In this document: one piece after another, positions 20,206 to 29,305 of the stretch
Numbering within the stretch: position 1 is the stretch's first letter
Layout of the letters: each line of letters begins with the position of its first letter
Virus record (IMG/VR): IMGVR_UViG_3300020044_008842
Location: 1-38,142 of that record
Direction: 5' to 3' (one strand)
Source: a virus
Lineage: Duplodnaviria; Caudoviricetes
Length of the DNA: 38,142 bases
Position numbers and translations under genes: made by a program
Notes under the pieces: model-generated
Told to the model about the DNA's origin: nothing
The model's database searches: none
The model's input: only the letters and a program-made list of their open reading frames with translations

Positions 20206-20242
20206 TTCCCGGAAATTTGGAATTTATAATCCCCGGGAATTA
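20203..20242 (+). promoter_or_regulatory. 40-bp palindromic repeat, copy 2 (where the two arms converge)
   Basis: TAATTCCCGGAAATTTGGAATTTATAATCCCCGGGAATTA; perfect 10-bp outer arms. Confidence 0.8.
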
Positions 20243-20245
20243 CTA

Positions 20246-21472
20246 TTAGGCAGTCTCTCGGGAGAGTATTTCAGAAGCAGCGGCTCCGGGGTAGAGATAC
20301 ATCTCGGAGCCGTTTTGCTTGAGGATGAGATAGCCAGAGCGCACCGCGCCGGTAATGACTGCTTCGAAGTCTTGCATCTTTGGAAAATGGGAGTGGACGA
20401 AGCGATAGGCTTCGGTGTATTGGCATGAGCCGCGCTTGGCAACATACCAGATGAGACGCTCGGCGTAGACAGCGTCCTCAGACTTGCCGATCTTGGAGAA
20501 GACATATTGCATGTCAGGTTCGAGGTCAGTCACCATCTGGTCCGCGAGGGCGAGGTGTTCGGCTTCGATCACGAGGCGGGGGGACTCGGCTGCAGCGAGG
20601 ATCATCGCGAGTTTATGGATATGGGTCTGCTTGCGGGCGAGGTAGCCGCCGAAGCGGTCGTCGTCAAGGTGGAGGTGCTTTGCGGCGTAGTGGGAAGCAT
20701 ACCAAGCGTTGCCCCACTCACGAGCCTTGGGTGAGAGGACGAACTCCCCGCACATCATGGAGATTTGCATGAGATCTTCGGTAAGCTTTTGGGCCGTTTG
20801 CTTGATGTCCTTTGGCACGAGTTCGGACGGGTAGGCGACAAGCTTGGCTTTCTTCTCCGCATAGACGAAGATACAGCGGGAAGTAAACCCTCCCCCGATC
20901 ATGTATTCCGGGAAGTTCCCCGCGATCCAAGACGGTGTAGTGCAAGCGATGAGGTTAATCCAAGGATTCTCCACGACATCACACCCGGAGCCTTTGGTCT
21001 TTTTCTCAAAGGCTCCTTGCTTCCCATCCCATAGAGAGACCAAGAGATCAACCATCTCTTTGTCCTGAGGGTTAAGAAGATTCCCGAACTCAGATGATTC
21101 GATGGTGAGGGCTGACATGGCATGGTATTCACCTTCGTATTCGAAGGACATTGTGGACTCAGCGAAACCAGTTACGAGGGCTTGCCAAGTCACAACGTCC
21201 GGGCCGAACATGATGTCGGGGACTTTTTTGAGGAGAGACATTCCGATGGAAGCGGTTGTGGACTTCGAGACGATCCCTGGCGGCGCGACGAGGATGACGT
21301 AGAAGTTCGGAAACCATCGGAAGTAAGCCATGTCGATCCAGACCTTCCGGCGCAGCGCACCGGCGATTGTGGAGACAGCTGTCCAGAAGTGCATGTGTTT
21401 TGGGGCTTCAGAAAAGGAGGCATACTCCATGAAAGCTGAAATCCAGTTATCGTAATGCCTGCGAGCGGTCAT
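20246..21472 (-). CDS. DUF3987-type P-loop ATPase, putative replicative helicase
   Basis: PNFYVILVAPPGIVSKST Walker A-like motif, SSEFG, LWDG and GGFTSRCIFV; start MTARRH overlaps the HNH stop. Confidence 0.7.
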   Translation of the reverse strand: MTARRHYDNWISAFMEYASFSEAPKHMHFWTAVSTIAGALRRKVWIDMAYFRWFPNFYVILVAPPGIVSKSTTASIGMSLLKKVPDIMFGPDVVTWQALVTGFAESTMSFEYEGEYHAMSALTIESSEFGNLLNPQDKEMVDLLVSLWDGKQGAFEKKTKGSGCDVVENPWINLIACTTPSWIAGNFPEYMIGGGFTSRCIFVYAEKKAKLVAYPSELVPKDIKQTAQKLTEDLMQISMMCGEFVLSPKAREWGNAWYASHYAAKHLHLDDDRFGGYLARKQTHIHKLAMILAAAESPRLVIEAEHLALADQMVTDLEPDMQYVFSKIGKSEDAVYAERLIWYVAKRGSCQYTEAYRFVHSHFPKMQDFEAVITGAVRSGYLILKQNGSEMYLYPGAAASEILSRETA

Positions 21473-21924
21473 GCCCCCTTCTCCCACAAAAGGCGCGCTT
21501 GGCAAGCTTCTTCAAAAGAGTGTCCGCTGTAGAGAAAGTAACGAACTCCGTTTCGCATACCGGCTGCTTCCCAACGTCCCCAGCGTTTATGCCAATTTAC
21601 TCCCTTAACACCTGAAGTATTGGTGCAGGGCATTCTACGATTTTGAGCTTGTCCACAGGGACTCAGCCAAACACAGTTATCTTTGCTATAAGGGGCTTCA
21701 TTATCAAGCCGTTCCAGCCAGGTTCCCTCAGGCCGCTCTCCCATGTCTCGTAGGAAAGCGTTGAAATCAGCCCACTCTGGGGTATAAGCAACCCCACGAC
21801 CGCCGTAATACTTATAATTTGCAGAATTTGGATTATCACACCGTTCTTTCATCTTAGCCCAGGAACGGTAAGTAGGGGTTGGTCCAGTTGTTTTGCTGTT
21901 ATTATGTCCATGAGAGTGACTCAC
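21469..21924 (-). CDS. HNH homing endonuclease with C-terminal AP2-like DNA-binding domain
   Basis: YRSWAKMKERC...YGGRG...F..F..DMGERP...LERLDN...YSKDNC.W and NTSGVKGV motifs; AT-richer than its neighbours. Confidence 0.88.
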   Translation of the reverse strand: MSHSHGHNNSKTTGPTPTYRSWAKMKERCDNPNSANYKYYGGRGVAYTPEWADFNAFLRDMGERPEGTWLERLDNEAPYSKDNCVWLSPCGQAQNRRMPCTNTSGVKGVNWHKRWGRWEAAGMRNGVRYFLYSGHSFEEACQARLLWEKGA

Positions 21925-24305
21925 TTGCAGTGCCCCCAGCTAATGGTGGAAGTATGAATATCCACCGGAATGAGCAACGGTTCTATATAAGGCAACGGTA
22001 TTGTGCAAGCTTCTTTAATCATGTCTTTTGCATTGGGTAGATTAATTGAATACTGGCCCGCGAGCGAATCATGGACCTGAAGTAGAACTTGTATGTCTTT
22101 GTAATTATCATAAAGATTCTTATAGCCACGATTAATCAAGCATGCTACTGTGCTCTGTGGAATCCAGGCAACCATTTGGTTGTAGATCGTGCCTTCGATA
22201 CGATCAAAAACATAGCAGCGATTGCCAAAAACATTTTCGACATAGCGCTGCGTGTTGACTTTGTGGATAAGGTCTTGCTGCCACTGTTCAATTTCAGGGA
22301 ACTTTCCATAATACCATTTCTGGATTCTCTCAACTTCGTGCGCTACCAGCCCAATTCGGCCCGATAGCCCAGAGGCGGTTCCCAGGTAATTAGTCCCATG
22401 GCATAGGGCTTTGAAGAGCTTGTAAGAAGGGTGGTGCTTGTCGATGGTTGGGTCACGGTAGTATTCCTTGGCTACTTCGACGTAGGGCTTGAGGCCTTCG
22501 GAGAACATTTGCTTCATTTCGAGACAGTCGGATTCCCAGACGACGATGCGAAGGTCGGCAGAGTCGAGGTCGATGTCAAAGAATTCTTGGTCAGGATCGG
22601 TGACGAAGAGCTTGCGGACGTTCGGGAGGCCCGAGGACTCGTCGCCGGAAGGGATATTCTGGAGGTTCATTCCCGAGCCGAAGGCGTTTTCGGAGGAGGA
22701 GAAACGGTAGGTTTCAGTCCCAGCTATATTGAACGAACAACGCATTCGCTGATCGTGATCGACCGGCGCTTCGAGGAAGGTAGAGCGAAATACACCCAGC
22801 GAACGCAGCTCGCGGATGGCGTCACAGATCGGACGGAGGGCTGGCTCGCGAGCCGAGATTTTCTCGAGGGCTGAGTCATCGGTGGTGGGGTTTCCAGACT
22901 TCCGAGAGATGACAGGTTTTTGGGCGAGGAGGCGATAGAAGGTGTCCTGCATCTGCTTCGGGGATTTGATGTTAAGGGGGAAGCCGAGAACTTCGGAGAG
23001 CCAGGCTTCTCGAGTGGCGATGGCGGCGGCGAGGTCTTGGGAGAGCTGGCCTTTGGATTCATTGTCTACACGGATACCAGCGATCATGGTGTCGAGGACT
23101 GGGTGGAAGAGGGATTGTTGAAAGTCGTGGACAGAGCGGAGTTTGGGCCAGGTTTCGGACATCGAGTCGATCGCGAGTTGCTGGGCTGTGTCGATCTCGT
23201 AGGTGACGCAACAGTCTTTGCAGTTGTAAATCCAGAGTTGGCGTTCGCCAAGTTTCGGGTCCCAGTTTTTCGACTCGTCTTTCCAGTAGACATGATGCTT
23301 GCAATAGAGGGAAGCGAGGACATCGAGGCCCTTCGGCATGTTTGAAAACATCGAGTGCTGGGCGAGCATGGTGTCGCGCTTGAACCGGGGGATGAAGTGA
23401 AGATGGCGGAAGATGTATTGGGCATCGTAGATGAAATTCTGGCCAATGACCTCGACATTGGGGTGGGTCAGGAGTTGATACATGAGATAAGTGAGGAAGG
23501 CTTCTTCCTCTTCCCGCCAGTAGTGGATACGGGCTTGCCAGTTCGGCATCTCGGGTGAGACTGCGCGGAGTTGGGGGATGCAGATGGCGTCAGTGTTGGA
23601 CCATGCAAAGCCTATGCAGGCGATATGACCTCCGCGAGTTTCGATGTCCACAGATAGTTTGAGAGGCCCGGCATCGCAACGCTTGATAAGGTCGCGGAGA
23701 CAGCTCGCGGCTGCGGTGAACGAAGGCTCAATGAGGAAGTTGTAGTCAGGAGATACAATCGGAGCCTCTTCGAGGGCATGGGACCAAGCCTTTCGGAAAT
23801 CGTGGATAGTGGTATTGCGGTCTTTCCAGACGGACTGGATATACGATGGGTGGTAAGTCGGGATGACATGGCACTTATGGCCGGAAGGTGTTGTGTATTC
23901 GAGGAGGGATGAGCGCCAGGACTTAACCCCGAACTTTCCGGTCAGGGCGAATAAGGCACCGTTGCCGAGGGCGAGGATGATCTTGGGTTTGACGAGTTCG
24001 ATGTCTTGAACCAGACGCGCGAGGCTATTAGTAACAGTAGGGAGAACGTAGCGATCATGCAAAGGCACATGATCAGGTGTGATATCCTTTTTGGCTTTAG
24101 CAATCTGCGTATCGAAGGCTTGGCCATAGACTTGCTCCCGAATGAGGGCAGTGACGAAACACTGCGCACGGTTGAGGCCAGCGTCAGAGAGCATACGGTC
24201 GAACTCTCTGTCGTTGAGGATGATGTTGGAGTAAAGGTCGCGGGACGACACACACTCCGTGACGATCATTAGTCGGGCGTCGGCTGGCCCGGAGGGGATA
24301 AGCAT
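21921..24305 (-). CDS. polA: Family A DNA polymerase with N-terminal UDG-like and 3'-5' exonuclease domains
   Basis: UDG-like LALGNGAL and TYHPS; Exo DIET, NFIYD, YNCKD; TETYRFSS, NLQNIP; motif A DLDSADLR, motif B KALCHGTNY, motif C QVHDSL. Confidence 0.92.
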   Translation of the reverse strand: MLIPSGPADARLMIVTECVSSRDLYSNIILNDREFDRMLSDAGLNRAQCFVTALIREQVYGQAFDTQIAKAKKDITPDHVPLHDRYVLPTVTNSLARLVQDIELVKPKIILALGNGALFALTGKFGVKSWRSSLLEYTTPSGHKCHVIPTYHPSYIQSVWKDRNTTIHDFRKAWSHALEEAPIVSPDYNFLIEPSFTAAASCLRDLIKRCDAGPLKLSVDIETRGGHIACIGFAWSNTDAICIPQLRAVSPEMPNWQARIHYWREEEEAFLTYLMYQLLTHPNVEVIGQNFIYDAQYIFRHLHFIPRFKRDTMLAQHSMFSNMPKGLDVLASLYCKHHVYWKDESKNWDPKLGERQLWIYNCKDCCVTYEIDTAQQLAIDSMSETWPKLRSVHDFQQSLFHPVLDTMIAGIRVDNESKGQLSQDLAAAIATREAWLSEVLGFPLNIKSPKQMQDTFYRLLAQKPVISRKSGNPTTDDSALEKISAREPALRPICDAIRELRSLGVFRSTFLEAPVDHDQRMRCSFNIAGTETYRFSSSENAFGSGMNLQNIPSGDESSGLPNVRKLFVTDPDQEFFDIDLDSADLRIVVWESDCLEMKQMFSEGLKPYVEVAKEYYRDPTIDKHHPSYKLFKALCHGTNYLGTASGLSGRIGLVAHEVERIQKWYYGKFPEIEQWQQDLIHKVNTQRYVENVFGNRCYVFDRIEGTIYNQMVAWIPQSTVACLINRGYKNLYDNYKDIQVLLQVHDSLAGQYSINLPNAKDMIKEACTIPLPYIEPLLIPVDIHTSTISWGHCK

Positions 24306-24634
24306 GGGGCAGAGTCCTTGGGATAGAGGTAGCGGTATTCGATGGTTTTGTGGAAGCCCCGATGCCAGGCTAGAGCAAGGTGCATCCCTGGGGACCAACC
24401 ATGGTCAAGGTAGAACACGACTTTGTCAGCTTTGAGGGACCAGTCAAGCCCCGCACGGATGCCGAGTTGCCGCTCTTCGGGAATGGTATCATCGAGGACG
24501 CCTTCGAGGGTGTAGAGGAGGTGGGAAGCGATCGGGGCTTCCCCCCGGAGGAGACTGTCCCGTAACGCGGCTCTGGCATAAGCTACGTTACGGGTGACAT
24601 CGCCGGCGTAAGGGGATTCGAGTATCACCCTCAT
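24269..24634 (-). CDS. Nucleoside deoxyribosyltransferase-fold protein (DUF4406/DUF1937-like)
   Basis: VILESPYAGD..RNVAYAR...GEAPIASHLLY...G...G..W...AD....Y.D.GWSPGM. Confidence 0.65.
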   Translation of the reverse strand: MRVILESPYAGDVTRNVAYARAALRDSLLRGEAPIASHLLYTLEGVLDDTIPEERQLGIRAGLDWSLKADKVVFYLDHGWSPGMHLALAWHRGFHKTIEYRYLYPKDSAPCLSPPGQPTPD

Positions 24635-25947
24635 AGCATTACCGGATCGTCGTCGAGGGAGTTGAGACGCTTGACAGAAATACCGTAGTATTCTGTGTTT
24701 AGTTCAAGTCCTGTGGCATAGAGCTTGCACTGATGGGCGGCGGGAAAGATAGTGCCTGTGCCAGCGAATGCATCAAGCACCTTGTCTCCGGGACGAGTAG
24801 ATCGCTTGAGGAGATCAACATACAGCTCAATTGGCTTATTGGCACCATGACCGAGGTTCTCTTCAAGACGGCAAGGTATGACGTCGGAGTAGATACCAGT
24901 AACAAGCTTGTCGCCCTTGATGGCGTAGAGGATGTATTCATGCTGGCGGCGCGGGCCTTTATCAGGGAGGGGGACACGGCCCGAGCCTTGCTTGTAGACG
25001 ATGATCGGAGTGCGGAAGACATACCAGCCAGCGTCTTGCATGAAGGTCTTGAGTTCATGGAAACGATCGAAGTCGCAGAAGATATAGGCGTGGGCCTGGG
25101 GCTTGGCGACACGGTAGGCCGAATGGGTAAAGTCTGCCATGAGAATCCGCCAAGCTTCCGGCGTGTCGTTATAGTGATGGTCAGTGCCGGAGAGCCTACC
25201 TGCCCCATCACCGAAGTTCTGGGCGTTCATGCCGTAAGGCGGGTCAGTGAGGATTACATCGAAGGTGTTGTCGGGGCAGCGTTCGAGCCAGTCGAGGCAT
25301 TCCGCATGATGTAGCTGGTGAGCAGATGAGTTGTAAGAAACTCCGACAGTTTCAGCCAAGGCCTTATACTTGGTCCGGTCTTCCTCGCGCTTGAGGGCTT
25401 TGAAAGCTTCTTTCTCGTTTTTGGCAGACGCAACAACGGGATTATCGAGATGGGAAGCAAGCAGAATAGCCTGACGGTCTCGACCGTAGTCAGTCGTCTC
25501 GACCTCACGCAGCGTGTCCGCAATTTGGTGAGATTGCCCGAGAGTTTCCGCTTGAGCAGTTCGCAGTCGATGTAAACGAGCAAGCGCCTCTGACCGTTCC
25601 TGCCATGATAGATCACGACGCTTGAGGTTTTCGTCGAGTTCTGCTTCTTCGGCTTCGAGCGGGGATAGGTCGCCAAGCGTGACATAGGGCACCTCATATG
25701 GGGGGAAATCCCGGCCATTGTGGCGGATTGAGCCGCCGAGCATCCAAATGGTATCTAGGGCGCGGAGACGCCGTTCACCGGCCACAAGAGCGAACCCTAG
25801 AGGGGTTTCACGGACGACTATTGGATGGAGCAGCCCGAGGCTGGAAATCGAGTTGGCGAGGTCGGTCAGGGCTTCAGGATCGAACTCCTGCCGCTGGCGG
25901 TTGGGCGGGATGATAAGTTCTCGGTGGTAGAGAGGGGTCTGTGGCAT
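24631..25947 (-). CDS. ParB-N domain / beta-class DNA amino-methyltransferase fusion
   Basis: GLLHPIVVR...LVAGERRLRA...EN..RRDL (ParB); TDPPYG followed by VLDAFAGTGT (MTase). Confidence 0.88.
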   Translation of the reverse strand: MPQTPLYHRELIIPPNRQRQEFDPEALTDLANSISSLGLLHPIVVRETPLGFALVAGERRLRALDTIWMLGGSIRHNGRDFPPYEVPYVTLGDLSPLEAEEAELDENLKRRDLSWQERSEALARLHRLRTAQAETLGQSHQIADTLREVETTDYGRDRQAILLASHLDNPVVASAKNEKEAFKALKREEDRTKYKALAETVGVSYNSSAHQLHHAECLDWLERCPDNTFDVILTDPPYGMNAQNFGDGAGRLSGTDHHYNDTPEAWRILMADFTHSAYRVAKPQAHAYIFCDFDRFHELKTFMQDAGWYVFRTPIIVYKQGSGRVPLPDKGPRRQHEYILYAIKGDKLVTGIYSDVIPCRLEENLGHGANKPIELYVDLLKRSTRPGDKVLDAFAGTGTIFPAAHQCKLYATGLELNTEYYGISVKRLNSLDDDPVML

Positions 25948-25958
25948 GGGCTTTTCTC

Positions 25959-26357
25959 CTAGCACTTCTTCCCACCGTCAGCGGCTCTGGCGGCGAGGGT
26001 ATGATCTTCGCGGGTGAGGTTGTAGAGCAACTTTTCCACGACAGCACCCCCGAGGTCAAGCCCTTGATAACCAGCGAGGTCGAAGATGCGGATTAAGACA
26101 TCGGCGAGTTCGACTTCGAGCATGGGACGGTGAGGGAGCTTGTCGTCCATGAGGGACTTACGATAGCCTTCAGCGGCTTCGGAGACTTCGGAGTGGATGA
26201 GGCAGAGTATTTCCATGATATTACGGTCGATCTTGCGGCCCGTGGTCGGGTTCTTATACCAGCCAGCCGCGATGTTCGCGCCATGGATTTGGTCAGATGC
26301 GGTATTGAACGATAGCTTGAGAAGGTCAAGCGTCGAGGGGGTATAACGCCAAGTCAT
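25959..26357 (-). CDS. MazG-like nucleotide pyrophosphohydrolase
   Basis: LIHSEVSEAAEG and EVELADVLIRIFD motifs. Confidence 0.82.
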   Translation of the reverse strand: MTWRYTPSTLDLLKLSFNTASDQIHGANIAAGWYKNPTTGRKIDRNIMEILCLIHSEVSEAAEGYRKSLMDDKLPHRPMLEVELADVLIRIFDLAGYQGLDLGGAVVEKLLYNLTREDHTLAARAADGGKKC

Positions 26358-26373
26358 AGAGAAAGTCTCCTAG

Positions 26374-26407
26374 AAAAAACCCTGGGACGGGGGCAATCGT
26401 CCCAGGG
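26374..26407 (-). terminator. Intrinsic terminator after the SSB-like gene
   Basis: CCCTGGGACG-loop-CGTCCCAGGG followed by TTTTTT on the - strand. Confidence 0.85.
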
Positions 26408-26428
26408 CTGAGAGGTTATTCGAGGGCC

Positions 26429-26881
26429 TTAGACGGGCTTGGCGATTGCCTTTACCTCGTCGTAGATGTCCTCGCCGGAAGCACGGTGGGAAACCTTGAC
26501 CGTTGCCATGCGGCCCTGAATCATGCCGAACGAAAACGGCTCGCCCGGCTTGTTCAGATCGAGAGCCTCACGGATGCGGCCAAGGCCGACGTTCTTCCCC
26601 TTACCGAAGTCGAGCGCTCCGGTGTCGGTAGTGTCGAGCATCTGCTGCTGGCGGACACGGACAGTGTCTTTGCCAAGGAGCTGCTTGACGTTCTCGTCCT
26701 GAACGTCCCAGACGATTTCGAGCTTGATCCCCGAGGACGAACCGTCCTTGGAAGACCAGGTCTTGATATCGACCTTTTCGGCCAGTGCGAGGTATTCGCC
26801 CACGGGGCAGGGAGTGACCTTGGTGTCGTTGGACTCGTCGAACTGCTGGTTGAGGAAAGTGTTGGGGTCGAAAGAGGTCAT
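26429..26881 (-). CDS. Putative ssDNA-binding protein (DUF669-like)
   Basis: P.GEY...; LGRIREAL; follows the AAA ATPase; strong codon bias; AAGGA RBS. Confidence 0.6.
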   Translation of the reverse strand: MTSFDPNTFLNQQFDESNDTKVTPCPVGEYLALAEKVDIKTWSSKDGSSSGIKLEIVWDVQDENVKQLLGKDTVRVRQQQMLDTTDTGALDFGKGKNVGLGRIREALDLNKPGEPFSFGMIQGRMATVKVSHRASGEDIYDEVKAIAKPV

Positions 26882-26958
26882 GATGTAGTTCCTTGAAGTT
26901 AGAGGTTGGTAGTGATATGGGACTTGGCGGAGATAACCCATCGTCCCTGGGTGGGCTA

Positions 26959-27810
26959 TTAGGAATTGTTTGCCCCATTGCGGCTGACCCACTTGTCCAT
27001 GATGAGTTTGAAGTCCGGTGGGTTGTCGGACTTCAGCGGGAGGTTGCGGGTTTTGACATCAGCCATTGCGGAGGAAGTGTTCCACGTCCACTTGTCCCCC
27101 GAGCGTTCGCAGAGAACGACGTCAGAGAACATGGCTGGGAACTTCGGTGTGAGAGCCTTGCCAAGGGTTGATACCATCAGCTTCACCCCGCCGAGAACGG
27201 TGTCTACTTCCCGCTCAACGTGAGATAGTAGGACAAAGTGAGCAGCGCAGTTGTCGCATAACATTCGGACCAGTTTTTCAACTTGATCTTGAGCAATGCC
27301 CCAATCGGATTGGTTGCGGACTGCTTTGCCACCGACGACGAGAGCCATAGCGCACTGAGAAATGCCAGTAGCCCCGTCGATGACAAGAACGCGGGACTGA
27401 TCCCATAGGTTGACAGGGCCATAGAATTCTCCAGTTCGGTCGTCAGGGAAGTTGTTGAGGGCTTCGAGTAGGGAGATGAATTGATTGTGCTTGGACTTAT
27501 TCGGGTCGGTCATCTTGGCGAGAGAGTCGAGGTTGAGCATGTTGATGTTCTTGGCATTGGCGATCATCTGAGTGAAGTCTGCTGCCGGGGGGGCGACCTT
27601 ATGCCAGTGGAGGTTGGAAGGGATTTCCTTGCCCTTGTCGGTCCAGTAACCGAGGAGGGATTCCATGCCGGATTCAAGGGCGAGGTAGAAAACGTCAATG
27701 CCTTGATCGACGAGGGTGCCGATGGAGTGTGTCTTGCCGGTGCCGGATGGCCCCATGAGCAGGACGTTCACACCGGGGAGGGTGAATGGTGGCTTGAGGT
27801 CGAGGGGCAT
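26959..27810 (-). CDS. AAA-family ATPase, Sak4-like recombination protein
   Basis: GPSGTGKT, VLVIDG and LLSHVE motifs; lies between the nuclease and SSB. Confidence 0.75.
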   Translation of the reverse strand: MPLDLKPPFTLPGVNVLLMGPSGTGKTHSIGTLVDQGIDVFYLALESGMESLLGYWTDKGKEIPSNLHWHKVAPPAADFTQMIANAKNINMLNLDSLAKMTDPNKSKHNQFISLLEALNNFPDDRTGEFYGPVNLWDQSRVLVIDGATGISQCAMALVVGGKAVRNQSDWGIAQDQVEKLVRMLCDNCAAHFVLLSHVEREVDTVLGGVKLMVSTLGKALTPKFPAMFSDVVLCERSGDKWTWNTSSAMADVKTRNLPLKSDNPPDFKLIMDKWVSRNGANNS

Positions 27811-28166
27811 AGGGAGTCCTTAAAACGGGGGTGATGGGGTGAGTCGTAGAAAGTGGATTCTATCTGAAACTGGTATTCAACGAGAAGGGGAATTGGCCAT
27901 CCGACCAGTGCGAGGCATTCAACTGTGCCGGGGGGAGTGTAGCGATCGCCTGGACATTGATGGCACCGGCCGGAAGTGGCTTTGAAGGGTTGTAACTGAC
28001 CGTTGATAAAGGATTTGAGCCGAGCATAGACCTCCCCACATCGGTCACAATGGAACAAGTGGGACCATCCGCATAGTCGAGGATCGTGGACGCGGTAGTG
28101 ATGGATGACGGGTCCACTGGCGGGATCGAAGGCAGAGAAGGAATGTTCATACTTTCGGTCCGACAT
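27768..28166 (-). CDS. Hypothetical zinc-finger protein
   Basis: CDRC...CHQC; start MSDRK overlaps the nuclease end. Confidence 0.55.
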   Translation of the reverse strand: MSDRKYEHSFSAFDPASGPVIHHYRVHDPRLCGWSHLFHCDRCGEVYARLKSFINGQLQPFKATSGRCHQCPGDRYTPPGTVECLALVGWPIPLLVEYQFQIESTFYDSPHHPRFKDSLCPSTSSHHSPSPV

Positions 28167-29103
28167 TGTAGAAACTTTCCATGCGGAGGTTGTATTCCTC
28201 GACGGTGACTTCCATCTTGGCGAGAGGATCCCAGACACGGGGGATGAAGTATTGGGGCAGCCACTTTTCCGGCTCGGGGGACTTGCAAACGGATTGGAAG
28301 GCACACCCGCCGTATTCGGAGCAGGCGTGATCGAGGTTGTAGTCCCAGTAGCCTTCTTCCCAGCACTGGATCATCTTGCGAATGTCGCGGACGGTCTGGT
28401 CGAGCCAGCGGTCGATCTCATAGCCCGAGCGGTAAGTGAGGACTTGCTGGGTGTCGTATTTGGTCTTGAGGATGGAGACACCACGGATGCAGACGCCTTG
28501 GGGGTTGAGGCCGAATTGCTGAGCGGCCCAGCAATACCCGGTGAATTGGCTCCGCATTTCCCACTGCCGTGCCCAGGACTGTCCGAGGGAGGTTGTGGTC
28601 TTTTCGTCGTAGATATAAACCCCGCCGTAGGCTTCCGCGATCATGTCTGACCGTCCGGTGTAGAATAGAGGATCGCCAGTGACTGGGTGATTGATTGGCA
28701 GAGGTTGAGCGAAAGAAAATTCAATGCCCGAGCGTCCGTCGGGGAAAGAGATGGGCTTTGCCCCGTCCCCTCCAAGCGGATAATTTTCAAAGTAAAACTC
28801 GAGAGCGCCAGCAGTGCGCTCCAATGATTTCGCGCTGTCGGCTGGGCATTCAAAATCCCCATAGCGCTGGATAAGGCTGCGAAGTCCGTTCGCCACAGAG
28901 GTTGGTGCATCCAAGCCCTGTTCGTAATAGCTTCTCCGAGCAGCCTCCACGCCTTCAGCAAAGGCTCCGCCAGCAACGAGGTGGACGGACTCGGAAGCGG
29001 GTTTCCAATGTTCGACATATTGGCGGAAGGCCTTTTGCGGGCAGGAACGGAAGGTTCCGAGGAAGGTGGAGTCGATGGCGATGGGGAAGTGTGGGCGGGT
29101 CAT
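28147..29103 (-). CDS. Cas4/RecB-like PD-(D/E)XK exonuclease
   Basis: CP near the N-terminus, GRSD, DEKT, QF.GY, and C-terminal C.....C.....C (Fe-S cluster pattern). Confidence 0.82.
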   Translation of the reverse strand: MTRPHFPIAIDSTFLGTFRSCPQKAFRQYVEHWKPASESVHLVAGGAFAEGVEAARRSYYEQGLDAPTSVANGLRSLIQRYGDFECPADSAKSLERTAGALEFYFENYPLGGDGAKPISFPDGRSGIEFSFAQPLPINHPVTGDPLFYTGRSDMIAEAYGGVYIYDEKTTTSLGQSWARQWEMRSQFTGYCWAAQQFGLNPQGVCIRGVSILKTKYDTQQVLTYRSGYEIDRWLDQTVRDIRKMIQCWEEGYWDYNLDHACSEYGGCAFQSVCKSPEPEKWLPQYFIPRVWDPLAKMEVTVEEYNLRMESFYNVGPKV

Positions 29104-29288
29104 GAGGCTGGGGTGTCCTTGAAAGCGAGGGCAGCGATGCGGACTTTTTCGACGAAAGAGTTCCAGAGGGTTTCGGTGAAGAAGGCGTGGCAGGTGGTGC
29201 CATGGACTTCTGTAAGGTCGAGACAGGCGTAGGAAGGTCCTTGATTGTCGAGGGAGGTTTCAGGATTGTGGATGAAGACAGTCGCCAT
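29100..29288 (-). CDS. Hypothetical protein
   Basis: RBS present; ATGA coupling to the next gene. Confidence 0.6.
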   Translation of the reverse strand: MATVFIHNPETSLDNQGPSYACLDLTEVHGTTCHAFFTETLWNSFVEKVRIAALAFKDTPAS

Positions 29289-29305
29289 GGGCAGGGTTCC
29301 TGTGG

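Noticed and set aside
21469-21924. Group I intron around the HNH gene
   Set aside because: Both flanking genes are intact and overlap the HNH ORF, leaving no room for intron core sequence
25959-26357. 2-aminoadenine (Z-DNA) or 7-deazaguanine pathway
   Set aside because: No PurZ, DatZ, DpdA or Que-like genes were recognised; a MazG-like gene alone is insufficient
28147-29103. Cas4 as part of a CRISPR system
   Set aside because: No repeat-spacer array or other cas genes; it sits in a standard nuclease-ATPase-SSB recombination module
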